From the NCBI GenBank assembly GCA_025935995.1, contig JAICUF010000001.1, positions 22,484-86,483 of the forward strand: a stretch of 64,000 nucleotides of DNA, given 5' to 3'. Both the position numbers and the translations under genes were made by a program. The notes beneath the pieces were generated by a model, which saw nothing but the letters and a program-made list of their open reading frames with translations, ran no database searches and was not told the DNA's origin. This document shows, one piece after another, positions 36,752 to 44,812 of this stretch (position 1 is its first letter; each line of letters begins with the position of its first letter). The stretch is from Gemmatimonadales bacterium (GTDB lineage: Bacteria; Gemmatimonadota; Gemmatimonadetes; Gemmatimonadales; GWC2-71-9).

Positions 36752-36783
36752 CTGCAGGTGCAGGGGGGCGTCTGCACCTGCAG
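36752..36783. repeat. Perfect 12-bp inverted repeat CTGCAGGTGCAG-N8-CTGCACCTGCAG in the channel/receiver intergenic region
   Basis: Read directly: 36752-36763 is the exact reverse complement of 36772-36783. Confidence 0.85.
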
Positions 36784-36838
36784 GCAATATACCACCTTCC
36801 GGCCCCCCGCGTGCGGCGGGCGACTCCGCCGCCGACGC

Positions 36839-37651
36839 TCAGGCTCCCGCCGTTCCCCGCCCCGCCCCATCCGTCAGCGGCCTGAGCTGATCCCGGAGCG
36901 CCGCGATCTCCTGACGCAACGCCTCGATGCTCTTCTGGCCGGCCACGTCGGCATCGGGGCTGTCCGCGTCGCGGTCCACGAAGAATGATGCGAGCGAGGC
37001 CGTCACGTACCCGAGGATGGTGAACGCGTAGATGGACAGGAGGAGACAGAGCGCCCGCCCCTCGACTGTGCGCGGCCAGTACTCGGATCCCATCGTGGTC
37101 ATGATCATCGCCGTCCACCAGAGCGCCGCGCCGTAGTCGTGGATTCCGCCGCCGGCGACGCCGGACTCGAAGGCGTACATGCCGGCCGCACCGCCGAAGA
37201 TCACGAGCACGGTGAGGATGAGGACGTACGCCAGCCCGCGCCGCCCCATGCTCCGCCGGAGCGCGTTCATCCCCCGGTTGAGTGACCCGATCACCCGGAC
37301 GAGCCGGAAGCCGCGCGCCCCCGCGGCGATCCGCGCCAGACGTGCGACCCGAAGCACGCGCAGGACCCGCAGCGCCGGCACGAGCAGGGAGAGCGCACCG
37401 AGCCAGTTCCGCCTGAGGAACTGGCGCTTGTCGGGCGCGATGGTCAGGCGGATGGCGAAGTCGGCGATGAAGATGACCCAGATGAGGGTCGAGAGCGTCG
37501 CGAGGAGGCCGTTGAGCCCCTTCGTGAGGTCGAGCACGAGGAGCCCGAGCCAGATGAAGCCGAGCACCTGCATCGGCACCTCGAGCCAATCCTCGAGCTC
37601 CGCGAGGAGGGCCCACCGCTCGGGCTGCGCGTCGTTGTTCACGTCCGGCAC
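36839..37651 (-). CDS. Voltage-gated-type tetrameric cation channel subunit (Ion_trans family) with a non-canonical pore signature
   Basis: About 270 aa from GTG 37649-37651. S4-like helix LRVLRVLRVARLARIAAGARGFRLVRV has Arg at every third position. Pore helix and filter read ALWWTAMIMTTMGSEYWP. S6 is LCLLLSIYAFTILGYVTASLASFF. The C-terminal coiled coil is SIEALRQEIAALRDQL. Confidence 0.72.
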   Translation of the reverse strand: MPDVNNDAQPERWALLAELEDWLEVPMQVLGFIWLGLLVLDLTKGLNGLLATLSTLIWVIFIADFAIRLTIAPDKRQFLRRNWLGALSLLVPALRVLRVLRVARLARIAAGARGFRLVRVIGSLNRGMNALRRSMGRRGLAYVLILTVLVIFGGAAGMYAFESGVAGGGIHDYGAALWWTAMIMTTMGSEYWPRTVEGRALCLLLSIYAFTILGYVTASLASFFVDRDADSPDADVAGQKSIEALRQEIAALRDQLRPLTDGAGRGTAGA

Positions 37652-37715
37652 CGTCCGCTCCCTGAAGTTGGTGCTCCAGGCTAGCGGCGGGCCGCGCGTC
37701 ACGGCGTGAGGGCCG

Positions 37716-39620
37716 TCACGGGCGCTGAGGAAGCCGCTGGATCGCGGCGAGCAGGTCGGACGGAGCGAACGGCTTCTGGATGAACGCCTCATCCGCCGGA
37801 AGGAGACCCTGCCGAATGATCTCGTCGTTCGTGTATCCGCTCATGAAGAGCATCGGCACGCCGGGCCAGCGCTCGCGGATCTGGATCGCGAGCTCGCTCC
37901 CGCCCATGCGCGGCATGATCACGTCCGAGACCACCGCGGTGACGCCGCCGTGCAGGCGCTCCATCACCCCGAGCGCCTGGTGCCCGTCGCCGGCAGCCTC
38001 GACGCGGTAGCCCGCCTGCATGAGGCCGCGCTGCAGCAGCGAGGCGACCATCGGCTCGTCCTCGACCAGCAGTATCGTCCCCAGCGCACCCGCCGCCGCC
38101 GGACGGCGCTCGATACGGGGCGGCGTCGGCGCCTCCGGGAGCCGCGGCAGCTGGATGGTGAACGTCGCTCCGCGTCCCGGCTCGCTCGCCGCCCAGATGT
38201 AACCGTCGGACTGCTTTACCATCCCGAACACGGTGGAAAGCCCGAGCCCTGTGCCTTCTCCGACGCCCTTCGTGGTGAAGAACGGCTCGAAGACCCGCTC
38301 GAGCGTGCGCGTATCCATGCCGACACCCGTGTCCTGCACATCGATCTGCACGTACGGACCGCGCCGGATGGCGATCTCCGGATAGCGCCGGGCCGTGGCC
38401 TCATTGAGCTCCACGACCGAAGTCCGGATGGTCAGCGTGCCGCCGTTCGGCATCGCGTCGCGGGCGTTGAGGGCGAGGTTCACGAGCACCTGCTCGAGGC
38501 CCACCGGGTCCACCATCACCCAGTCGCCGGCGGCCGCGGCGTCGACCCGCAGCTCGCGTCCCGCGCCGAGCAGGCGGCCGAGGGTCCCGGCGAGCGACCG
38601 AAGCACCGCCTTCACCTCCGTCGGGCGCGGCTGCATCACCTGCCGCCGGCTGAAGGTGAGGAGTTGCCGCGCCACCTCCGCCGAACGCGCCGCCGCGTGG
38701 TGAATTCCCTCGATCTCGGCGCGGGCCTCCGGGTCCGCCTCGGCGCGCTGGAGCGCGAATTCCGCGTTCGCGAGGATCACGGTCATCATGTTGTTCACTT
38801 CGTGCGCCACGCCACCGGCGAGCCGGCCGGTGGACTCGAGCTGGAGCGCCCGGCGGGCGCGCTCGTCGGCGAGGCGCTCCCGGGTGAGGTCGGTCACGAC
38901 GCAGACCACGTCGCCTCCGCCGTGCCGCTCCGCCGCCATCGGAACGACGCTGAAGCGAAGCCACCGGTCATTGAGCTCGAGTCGGGCCGTGTCCCCCCCA
39001 CCGGGAAGGCGGAGCACCGGCGGCTCGGCGGAGAGCTCGGCACCGGGGATGAGGTCGGCGACGCATGCCGTATCGGCGGCCCCCGCGTCGAGGCCGAGCA
39101 GCTTGAGGAAGGCGCGGTTGTGCCGCGTGATCCGCCCCGCGGCGTCGGCGATGCAGACGCCCTCCCCGATCGCGTCGAAGGCGGCGCTCCAGTCGCGCGC
39201 GAGGGCGTTGGCCTGACGCTCCGCGCCGCGGGCCCGGAGGAGCGCGCGGACACTCGCCACCATCACCGGCGGATCGATCGGATGCGTGAGGTAGCCGTCG
39301 GCGCCGTTGTCGAGGCCGCGTACCTTGCTATCGGCGCCGGTGAAGCTGGCGGAGATGTGCAGAATGGGGATGTCCGCCGTGCGCGGATCCTGCCGGAGCC
39401 GCCGCGTCACCTCGAAGCCGCTGATGTCCGGCAGCCGCACGTCGAGAATGATCAGGTCCGGCTCGTCGGCGACGGCACCGGCCAGCGCGTCCTGGCCGGT
39501 GGCGGCCTCCGTGACCCGGAAGTCGTTCGCCTGCAGGTGGCGGGAGACGGCGTAGCGGTTCGCATCGGTATCGTCGACCACGAGGATGCGGGCGCCGTGA
39601 GTGGGATGCAGATCAGCCAT
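37716..39620 (-). CDS. Hybrid sensor histidine kinase (REC-PAS-HisKA-HATPase-REC)
   Basis: 634 aa. N-terminal REC is RILVVDDTDANR...LIILDVRLPD...ILHISAS. PAS is WSAAFDAIGEGVCIADAAGRITRHNRAF. H-box is GGVAHEVNNMMTVI. HATPase motifs are NLALNARDAM...DTGVGMD...GTGLGLS. C-terminal REC is ILLVEDE...VVSDVIMP...FMSGY...QKPF. Confidence 0.9.
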   Translation of the reverse strand: MADLHPTHGARILVVDDTDANRYAVSRHLQANDFRVTEAATGQDALAGAVADEPDLIILDVRLPDISGFEVTRRLRQDPRTADIPILHISASFTGADSKVRGLDNGADGYLTHPIDPPVMVASVRALLRARGAERQANALARDWSAAFDAIGEGVCIADAAGRITRHNRAFLKLLGLDAGAADTACVADLIPGAELSAEPPVLRLPGGGDTARLELNDRWLRFSVVPMAAERHGGGDVVCVVTDLTRERLADERARRALQLESTGRLAGGVAHEVNNMMTVILANAEFALQRAEADPEARAEIEGIHHAAARSAEVARQLLTFSRRQVMQPRPTEVKAVLRSLAGTLGRLLGAGRELRVDAAAAGDWVMVDPVGLEQVLVNLALNARDAMPNGGTLTIRTSVVELNEATARRYPEIAIRRGPYVQIDVQDTGVGMDTRTLERVFEPFFTTKGVGEGTGLGLSTVFGMVKQSDGYIWAASEPGRGATFTIQLPRLPEAPTPPRIERRPAAAGALGTILLVEDEPMVASLLQRGLMQAGYRVEAAGDGHQALGVMERLHGGVTAVVSDVIMPRMGGSELAIQIRERWPGVPMLFMSGYTNDEIIRQGLLPADEAFIQKPFAPSDLLAAIQRLPQRP

Positions 39621-41001
39621 CGTCGCTCGTGGGGCCGGTCGCGGCCGGTTTGGCGGGAGATTCCTCTTCCGGACACTGCCGCGGGATCCTGAGGATGAAG
39701 GTCGAGCCGATGCCCGGCTCGCTCACCGCGGACAGCGACCCCCCCAGCAGCGCAGCCAGCTTCCGCGAGAGCGGCAGACCGAGGCCCGTGCCAGCGCTGC
39801 GCCGCTGGAGCGGGCTGTCCACCTGGGCGTACTCCTCGAAGATGCGCTCGAGGTCGTCGGGGGCGATGCCGATCCCCGTATCCGCCACGGCCAGGGTCAC
39901 CATGTCCGGCGCCTCGTCGTACGCCGCCGTCACGCGGATCTCGCCGTGCGGCGTGAACCGGATCGCGTTGCTCACGAGATTCCGGAGCACCTGCGACAGC
40001 TTGCCCTCGTCGCTGCACATGCGCCACGGCCAGTCGGGCTGATCCACCGTCAGCGTCACCGCGTCGCCGGTGATCAACGGCCGCGCCATGCCGCGGAGCG
40101 CGCCGAGCAGCTCGGCCACAGTGAACTCGGTCACCCGGAGCACGGTCTTCCCGGCCTCGATCCGCGCGAGATCGAGCAGGTCGTTCACCATGTCACTCAG
40201 GGTGACCGCGGCGCTCTGGATCAGCCGGACCTGATGCTCCTGGCTCGCGGTGAGATCCCCGTCCATGCGGTCCAGCAGCAGGCGCGTGAGGTTCCGGATC
40301 GCGTTGAGCGGCGTCCGGAGCTCGTGGCTTATCCCCGAGAGAAAGTTCGACTTGAGCTCCGAGGCCCGCCCGAGCTGCAGGGCCCGGTCGTCGAGCTCGG
40401 CGTACAGTGCCAGAACGCCGCGATTGGTCTCTGCCAGCTCACCGTTGAGGCGCTCGATCTCGAGCTGCTTCGACCGGAGATCCTCCAGTGCGAGGAGCAG
40501 CTCGCGATTGCGGATCCGGAGTTCGCCCAGTGGATCGGGTGGCGCGGCAGCGGCGATGCTGCGGCCGATCTCCTCGAGGCGCTGGGCGGAGAGCCCGGGA
40601 CATTCGGGCGGCGGCGCCTTCGCGAGGGTCACCGTCGTTCCGCCGTCGCCCGTCGCAAACTCCACGCGGTCCATGAGCCGCCGCGCCGAGAAAATGCCGA
40701 GGCCCGGGCCCGCGGGCGATTGCCAGCGGCCTTCGAGCACCGCCGGGAGATCGGCGATCCCGGGACCCCGATCAGTCACGCGAATGACGCAGGTGCCGTC
40801 AGGGGCCACGGCGTAATGCAGCTCGCCGCCGCCACCGTGCTCACACGCGTTGCGCGCGATCTCGGATACGGCCGCACCGATGCGGACCTGATCCTGGGCT
40901 TCGTATCCCAGCAGGGCAGCGAGCTGGCGAGCCTCCTGGCGGATGCGGACGACGTCCTGGGCATCGCGCATGCTGGTAGAGTGAAGAATGGTTTCGTTCA
41001 T
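39613..41001 (-). CDS. Histidine kinase with an N-terminal RsbT/RsbW-like HATPase module
   Basis: ORF trimmed to ATG 40999-41001, an ATGA overlap with the upstream stop. The N-terminus DVVRIRQEARQLA...RIGAAVSEIARNACEHGGGGE...VTDRGPGI is paralogous to RsbT. A coiled coil follows. HisKA is FLSGISHELRTPLNAI. HATPase motifs are NLVSNAIRFT...DTGIGI...GTGLGLPLS. Confidence 0.85.
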   Translation of the reverse strand: MNETILHSTSMRDAQDVVRIRQEARQLAALLGYEAQDQVRIGAAVSEIARNACEHGGGGELHYAVAPDGTCVIRVTDRGPGIADLPAVLEGRWQSPAGPGLGIFSARRLMDRVEFATGDGGTTVTLAKAPPPECPGLSAQRLEEIGRSIAAAAPPDPLGELRIRNRELLLALEDLRSKQLEIERLNGELAETNRGVLALYAELDDRALQLGRASELKSNFLSGISHELRTPLNAIRNLTRLLLDRMDGDLTASQEHQVRLIQSAAVTLSDMVNDLLDLARIEAGKTVLRVTEFTVAELLGALRGMARPLITGDAVTLTVDQPDWPWRMCSDEGKLSQVLRNLVSNAIRFTPHGEIRVTAAYDEAPDMVTLAVADTGIGIAPDDLERIFEEYAQVDSPLQRRSAGTGLGLPLSRKLAALLGGSLSAVSEPGIGSTFILRIPRQCPEEESPAKPAATGPTSDDG

Positions 41002-42047
41002 GCGGCCCGGCAGACCAGAACCGAGGCGTCGTCGCGTCCCCGGCTGAAGTCGCGATAGAGGAGCCCGGCGACGATGGCGGGGTCGCGGCGCAGGACGCCT
41101 GGATAGCCGTCGGTCTTCCAGTGCGTGGTGAGGCCATCCGATGTCAGCACCAGCTCGGCGCCCACCGGACAGGGGTATGACACTTCCTGAATGCGACCGC
41201 CGTGAAGCCCCACGATCCCGTTCTGGGACACCAGGGTTCTGCTGCCCGCGTCGGAGAGGATGCGTGCCGTGATGTTTCCGACCCCTGCGAACCGAAGCCC
41301 GGTCCCGCCGCCACCGATCTGCGCGACGGCGGCCGCGGCGCCGCGGGTGGACCGAATCCCCTGGTGGAGGCGCTCGAGCAACTCCGCGGGCCCGCGCGCC
41401 AGCGCGGCCTGTTCGGTGAAGATGGCCATGGCAAGGTCCGCCGCTTCCGCGGCGCCGGGACCGTGTCCCAGCCCGTCGACGAGGAGCGCGCTGGTCCCGG
41501 CGTCGTGCTCGACCACCGCCCAGCCGTCGCCGCAGAGCGATTCCCCGGCCACGGGAATGGCAAGCGCGCCGATCACGGGGCCCGCGGCCGGTACACCGCC
41601 GGCCCACACGCGCGCGACCACCGCCGTCCCCTGGCCGGCGGCCGAGAAGATGTCGAACGCATGCGCCACACGCCGCGCCGCGCCGAGGCCGGTCCCCATC
41701 GTGCCGCCGGTGGAAAAGCCGTCCCGAAAGCAGCCGGCCAGATCGCGCATGCCAGGGCCCCGGTCGAGGCAGAGCACCTCGACGCCGCGGGACGGCCCGT
41801 GGCTGAGCGCCCGCAGCACCACCTCCCCGCCCCCGCCGTGCCGCACCACGTTCGTGCCCAGCTCATTGACCACGATGCCCAGCATTCCTATCTCCTCGGA
41901 CCCGAGCCCGAGGCGGGAGGCCAGCGCAGCGGCGGTCCGGCGTGCCTGTCCCACGCCGCTCGGGTCCGCGAGCGACACCACCGTGGACCGCGAGGACGGG
42001 CTGCCGGGGTCCCGGTCAGGACTACCGCCAGCGAACGGCGTCGACAC
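40998..42047 (-). CDS. RsbT/RsbW-like HATPase module fused to a PP2C (SpoIIE/RsbX-type) phosphatase
   Basis: 349 aa. The N-terminus is VGQARRTAAALASRLG...LGIVVNELGTNVVRHGGGGE...LDRGPGM...GTGLGAARR. The C-terminus is GESLCGDGW...LLVDGLGHGPGAAEA...VGNI...LVLTSDGL. The GTG start at 42047 is assumed and overlaps rsbT by 26 nt. The GTG at 41981 is an alternative. Confidence 0.8.
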   Translation of the reverse strand: MSTPFAGGSPDRDPGSPSSRSTVVSLADPSGVGQARRTAAALASRLGLGSEEIGMLGIVVNELGTNVVRHGGGGEVVLRALSHGPSRGVEVLCLDRGPGMRDLAGCFRDGFSTGGTMGTGLGAARRVAHAFDIFSAAGQGTAVVARVWAGGVPAAGPVIGALAIPVAGESLCGDGWAVVEHDAGTSALLVDGLGHGPGAAEAADLAMAIFTEQAALARGPAELLERLHQGIRSTRGAAAAVAQIGGGGTGLRFAGVGNITARILSDAGSRTLVSQNGIVGLHGGRIQEVSYPCPVGAELVLTSDGLTTHWKTDGYPGVLRRDPAIVAGLLYRDFSRGRDDASVLVCRAA

Positions 42048-42426
42048 GCGTGCCCTTCCCCGGCCTGGACTCGATACGGAGGTCGTTCATGAGGCGACGC
42101 GCGCCCCCGAGGCCGAGGCCGAGCCCATGGCCGGTGGTGTAGCCGTCGCGAAGCGCGAGCTCGATATCCGGAATGCCCGGCCCCTCGTCCTCGAACAGCA
42201 TGCGGAGCCCGGTGCGCCCGGGCTCCGTGAGCAGCTCGATGGTGGCCCGCCCGCCACCGCCATAGTCGAGTGTATTGCGCGCGAGCTCGCTCGCGGCCGT
42301 CACGATCCGCGTCTGGTCCACGAGGTTGAATCCGGCCTCCTGGGCCCGTGTGCGCACCAGCTGGCGGACGGCGACGACATCACTCGCGCTTCGGACCGCC
42401 AGCGCATCAGTCCGCTGGACCGGCAT
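42022..42426 (-). CDS. rsbT: Stressosome serine/threonine kinase RsbT
   Basis: 134 aa: VRSASDVVAVRQLVRTRAQEAGFNLVDQTRIVTAASELARNTLDYGGGG...FEDEGPGIPD...GHGLGLGLGGARRLMND. Confidence 0.85.
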   Translation of the reverse strand: MPVQRTDALAVRSASDVVAVRQLVRTRAQEAGFNLVDQTRIVTAASELARNTLDYGGGGRATIELLTEPGRTGLRMLFEDEGPGIPDIELALRDGYTTGHGLGLGLGGARRLMNDLRIESRPGKGTRVDAVRWR

Positions 42427-42826
42427 CCAAGCCCTCGTCCGCGGCGGACGGTTGGTCCAGCTCCCCGGCGGCGTGGAGGACCGCGCGCAGGAGAAGCATG
42501 CCCCGCTCCACGGTCAGCGCGGTGCGGACACCGGGCAGGTCGAGCCCCAGCTCCACCAGCGTGATCGCCACCGCCGGCTGCATCCCCGTCACCACGGTCT
42601 GTGCGTCCAGGATGCGGGCCATGGCGGCGATGTTCGCGATCATCCGGCCGATGAACGAATCGACCATCTCGAGCGCGGAGATGTCGATCAGCACGCCGCG
42701 GGCGCCCGTCTCGGTGATGCGCGCGGTCAGGTCGTCCTGCAGCGCGAGCGCGAGCCGGTCATGCATGTCCACCTGGATCGTGACCAGGAGGAACCGGCCC
42801 ATCTTGAGGATCGGAATGCGCTCCAT
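42407..42826 (-). CDS. rsbS: Stressosome STAS protein RsbS
   Basis: 139 aa: IPILKMGRFLLVTIQVDMHD......GVLIDISALEMVDSFIGRMI...MARILDAQTVVTGMQPAVAITLVELG. The conserved Ser in the VDSF context is present. Confidence 0.85.
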   Translation of the reverse strand: MERIPILKMGRFLLVTIQVDMHDRLALALQDDLTARITETGARGVLIDISALEMVDSFIGRMIANIAAMARILDAQTVVTGMQPAVAITLVELGLDLPGVRTALTVERGMLLLRAVLHAAGELDQPSAADEGLDAGPAD

Positions 42827-42830
42827 GGGT

Positions 42831-43697
42831 TCAGGCCCGCTCGGATCCGGTGGCGCGTCCGAGGGCGTGCCCGGTGCGGCGAAGCGCCAGGCGGAAGGCG
42901 TCGGCCAGGGTGGCCTTCGTATCCACGTTGGTCAGGTCGACGCCAAGATGGACGATCGTGGCCGCAATCTGGGGTCGGATCCCGCTGATGATGCATTCGG
43001 CGCCCATCAACCGCGCGGCGGTGACGGTCTTGATGAGGTGCTGGGCGACGAGGGTGTCCACCGTCGGCACGCCGGTGATGTCGATGATGGCCACCTCCGC
43101 GCCGGTCTGCACGATGCGCTGGAGGAGCGACTCCATGACGACCTGCGTCCGCGCGCTGTCGAGGGTGCCGATCATCGGGAGGGCGAGGATGCCGTCCCAC
43201 AGCTTCACCACGGGCGTCGAGAGCTCGAGCATCTCCTCCTGCTGGCGGGCGATGATGCGCTCGCGTGCCTCGAGAGCCACGGAGGTGGTGTAGAGCGCCA
43301 GCTCGTCGATCAGCGTCGTCATCGACCAGAGCTCGGCGGCGAACCGGGTTGCGTCGCCACTCCGCTGCTGCAGCCGGCCCAGCAGCGCCTGCTTGAGCGA
43401 GAGCACGAACGTCGCCGTGTCAACGGGCGTGAATCCCTGCGCGGCCCGCGAGGAGGAAATCCCCGCCAGGAACTGCCGGACCGCGTGCCACGCGGCCCCG
43501 TCACGAGCTGATCCCGCGTTGACGGCCGCAGCGAGGAGATCGAGAAACTGGCTCGACTGATCCTGCAGCTCGGAGGGCTGCATCAGGTCGGGGCGCGCGG
43601 CGCCGCCGGCCATCTGATCCTGTATCCAGGCCTTGAGGACGTCGCCGCGGTCCTGGTCGAGGACGGTGGCGAGGACGGATGGCTGGCTGGGGGGCAT
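42831..43697 (-). CDS. rsbR: Stressosome sensor RsbR (N-terminal RsbR_N-type sensory domain plus C-terminal STAS)
   Basis: ORF trimmed to ATG 43695-43697 (MPPSQPSVLATVLDQDRGDVLKAWIQ...). The C-terminus ELSTPVVKLWDGILALPMIGTLDSARTQVVMESLL...VAIIDITGVPTVDTLVAQHLIK...GAECIISGIRPQIAATIVHLGVDL aligns almost residue-for-residue with B. subtilis RsbRA as I remember it. Confidence 0.85.
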   Translation of the reverse strand: MPPSQPSVLATVLDQDRGDVLKAWIQDQMAGGAARPDLMQPSELQDQSSQFLDLLAAAVNAGSARDGAAWHAVRQFLAGISSSRAAQGFTPVDTATFVLSLKQALLGRLQQRSGDATRFAAELWSMTTLIDELALYTTSVALEARERIIARQQEEMLELSTPVVKLWDGILALPMIGTLDSARTQVVMESLLQRIVQTGAEVAIIDITGVPTVDTLVAQHLIKTVTAARLMGAECIISGIRPQIAATIVHLGVDLTNVDTKATLADAFRLALRRTGHALGRATGSERA

Positions 43698-43752
43698 GAA
43701 CGCCTCGGAACGTGAACGATGAGGGGGATCGGCGGCGCAAATCGGGAGCGGA

Positions 43753-43781
43753 AAGTTAGGAGGTCCCGATCGAGGCGGCAA
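43753..43781 (-). promoter_or_regulatory. Weak candidate promoter for the rsbR operon (TTGCCG-N17-TAACTT on the minus strand)
   Basis: Hexamers were read on the reverse complement, about 55 nt upstream of the rsbR ATG. This is pattern match only, in a 164-bp region divergent with murB. Confidence 0.25.
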
Positions 43782-43861
43782 CTGCGCCGACGCGGGCTTC
43801 CACCCCTTGGCCCCCGCCCCGCCCCATGCGATTCTAGAGGGCCTTCATCCCGGACCCATCG

Positions 43862-44800
43862 GTGCCGCGAACCGCTTCAGCGCATCTGCCCGGCCTCGAC
43901 CGCTCGCGTCTCGAGCGGAACGTCGCCCTGGCCCCCTACACGACCTTCCGGATCGGCGGTCCGGCGGATCTCTTCTATACGACCACCAGTGCGGACGACC
44001 TCGCCGAGGCCATCCTCGCCGCGCGCGCCGCGGAACTGCCGTTCTTCGTCCTCGGCCTGGGCGCCAACATTCTGGTGGGCGACGGCGGCTTCCGCGGGCT
44101 CGTCATCCGGAATAGCGCCGCACGGCGGGGCTGGGCGGAGGGAGGGATTCTTCGCGCCGAGAGCGGCGCTGTCATGCAGGACCTCGTGCTCGAGTCGGCG
44201 CAGCTCGGCTGGTCTGGACTGGAACACTACATCGGGATCCCGAGCACGGTCGGCGGCGCGATCTGGCAGAACCTGCACTTTCTCTCCCCCGCCCCGGACC
44301 GCGACCGCACCATGTTCATCGCCGACGTCTTCGAGTCGTGCGAGATCCTCTCGGCCGAAGGCGAGCGGACGACCGTCGGCGCCGACTACGTCCGCTTCGG
44401 CTACGACGACAGCGTCTTCCACCACCGCGCCGACTATGTCCTCGGCGCGACCTTCCGCCTCGCGCCGAGCCATCCCGACATCCTGCACAGGATCCATCAG
44501 GAGAATCTGAGCTGGCGCGGCGCGCGTCACCCCTGGCTTGCCATCCATCCGAGCGCGGGATCGATCTTCCGGAAGATCGAGGGCGTCGGCGCCGGACGCC
44601 TGGTGGATCAGTGCGGCCTGAAGGGGGCGACGATCGGCGGCGCGCAGATCTCCCACCTGCACGCCAACATCATCATCAACCTGGGGGGGGCGACCGCCGC
44701 CGACGTGCGCGCCCTCATCGCGCTGGCGCAGCGCGCGGTGGAAGCGAAGTTCGGGCAGCGGCTGGTGCCCGAGATCGGATTCGTCGGCGAGTTCGCCTGA
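43862..44800 (+). CDS. murB: UDP-N-acetylenolpyruvoylglucosamine reductase
   Basis: 312 aa: LAPYTTFRIGGPADLF...FVLGLGANILVGDGGFRGLVI...GIPSTVGGAIWQNLH...PSAGSIFR.......AGRLVDQCGLKG...GGAQIS..HANIIIN. Confidence 0.93.
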   Translation: MPRTASAHLPGLDRSRLERNVALAPYTTFRIGGPADLFYTTTSADDLAEAILAARAAELPFFVLGLGANILVGDGGFRGLVIRNSAARRGWAEGGILRAESGAVMQDLVLESAQLGWSGLEHYIGIPSTVGGAIWQNLHFLSPAPDRDRTMFIADVFESCEILSAEGERTTVGADYVRFGYDDSVFHHRADYVLGATFRLAPSHPDILHRIHQENLSWRGARHPWLAIHPSAGSIFRKIEGVGAGRLVDQCGLKGATIGGAQISHLHANIIINLGGATAADVRALIALAQRAVEAKFGQRLVPEIGFVGEFA

Positions 44801-44812
44801 GCGCGTTCCGCG

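Noticed and set aside
43758-43763. An AGGAGG on the plus strand in the rsbR-murB divergent region, as the SD of a small unannotated ORF.
   Set aside because: No ATG, GTG or TTG lies within a sensible distance downstream in an open frame. The hexamer also overlaps the candidate -10 of the opposite-strand promoter.
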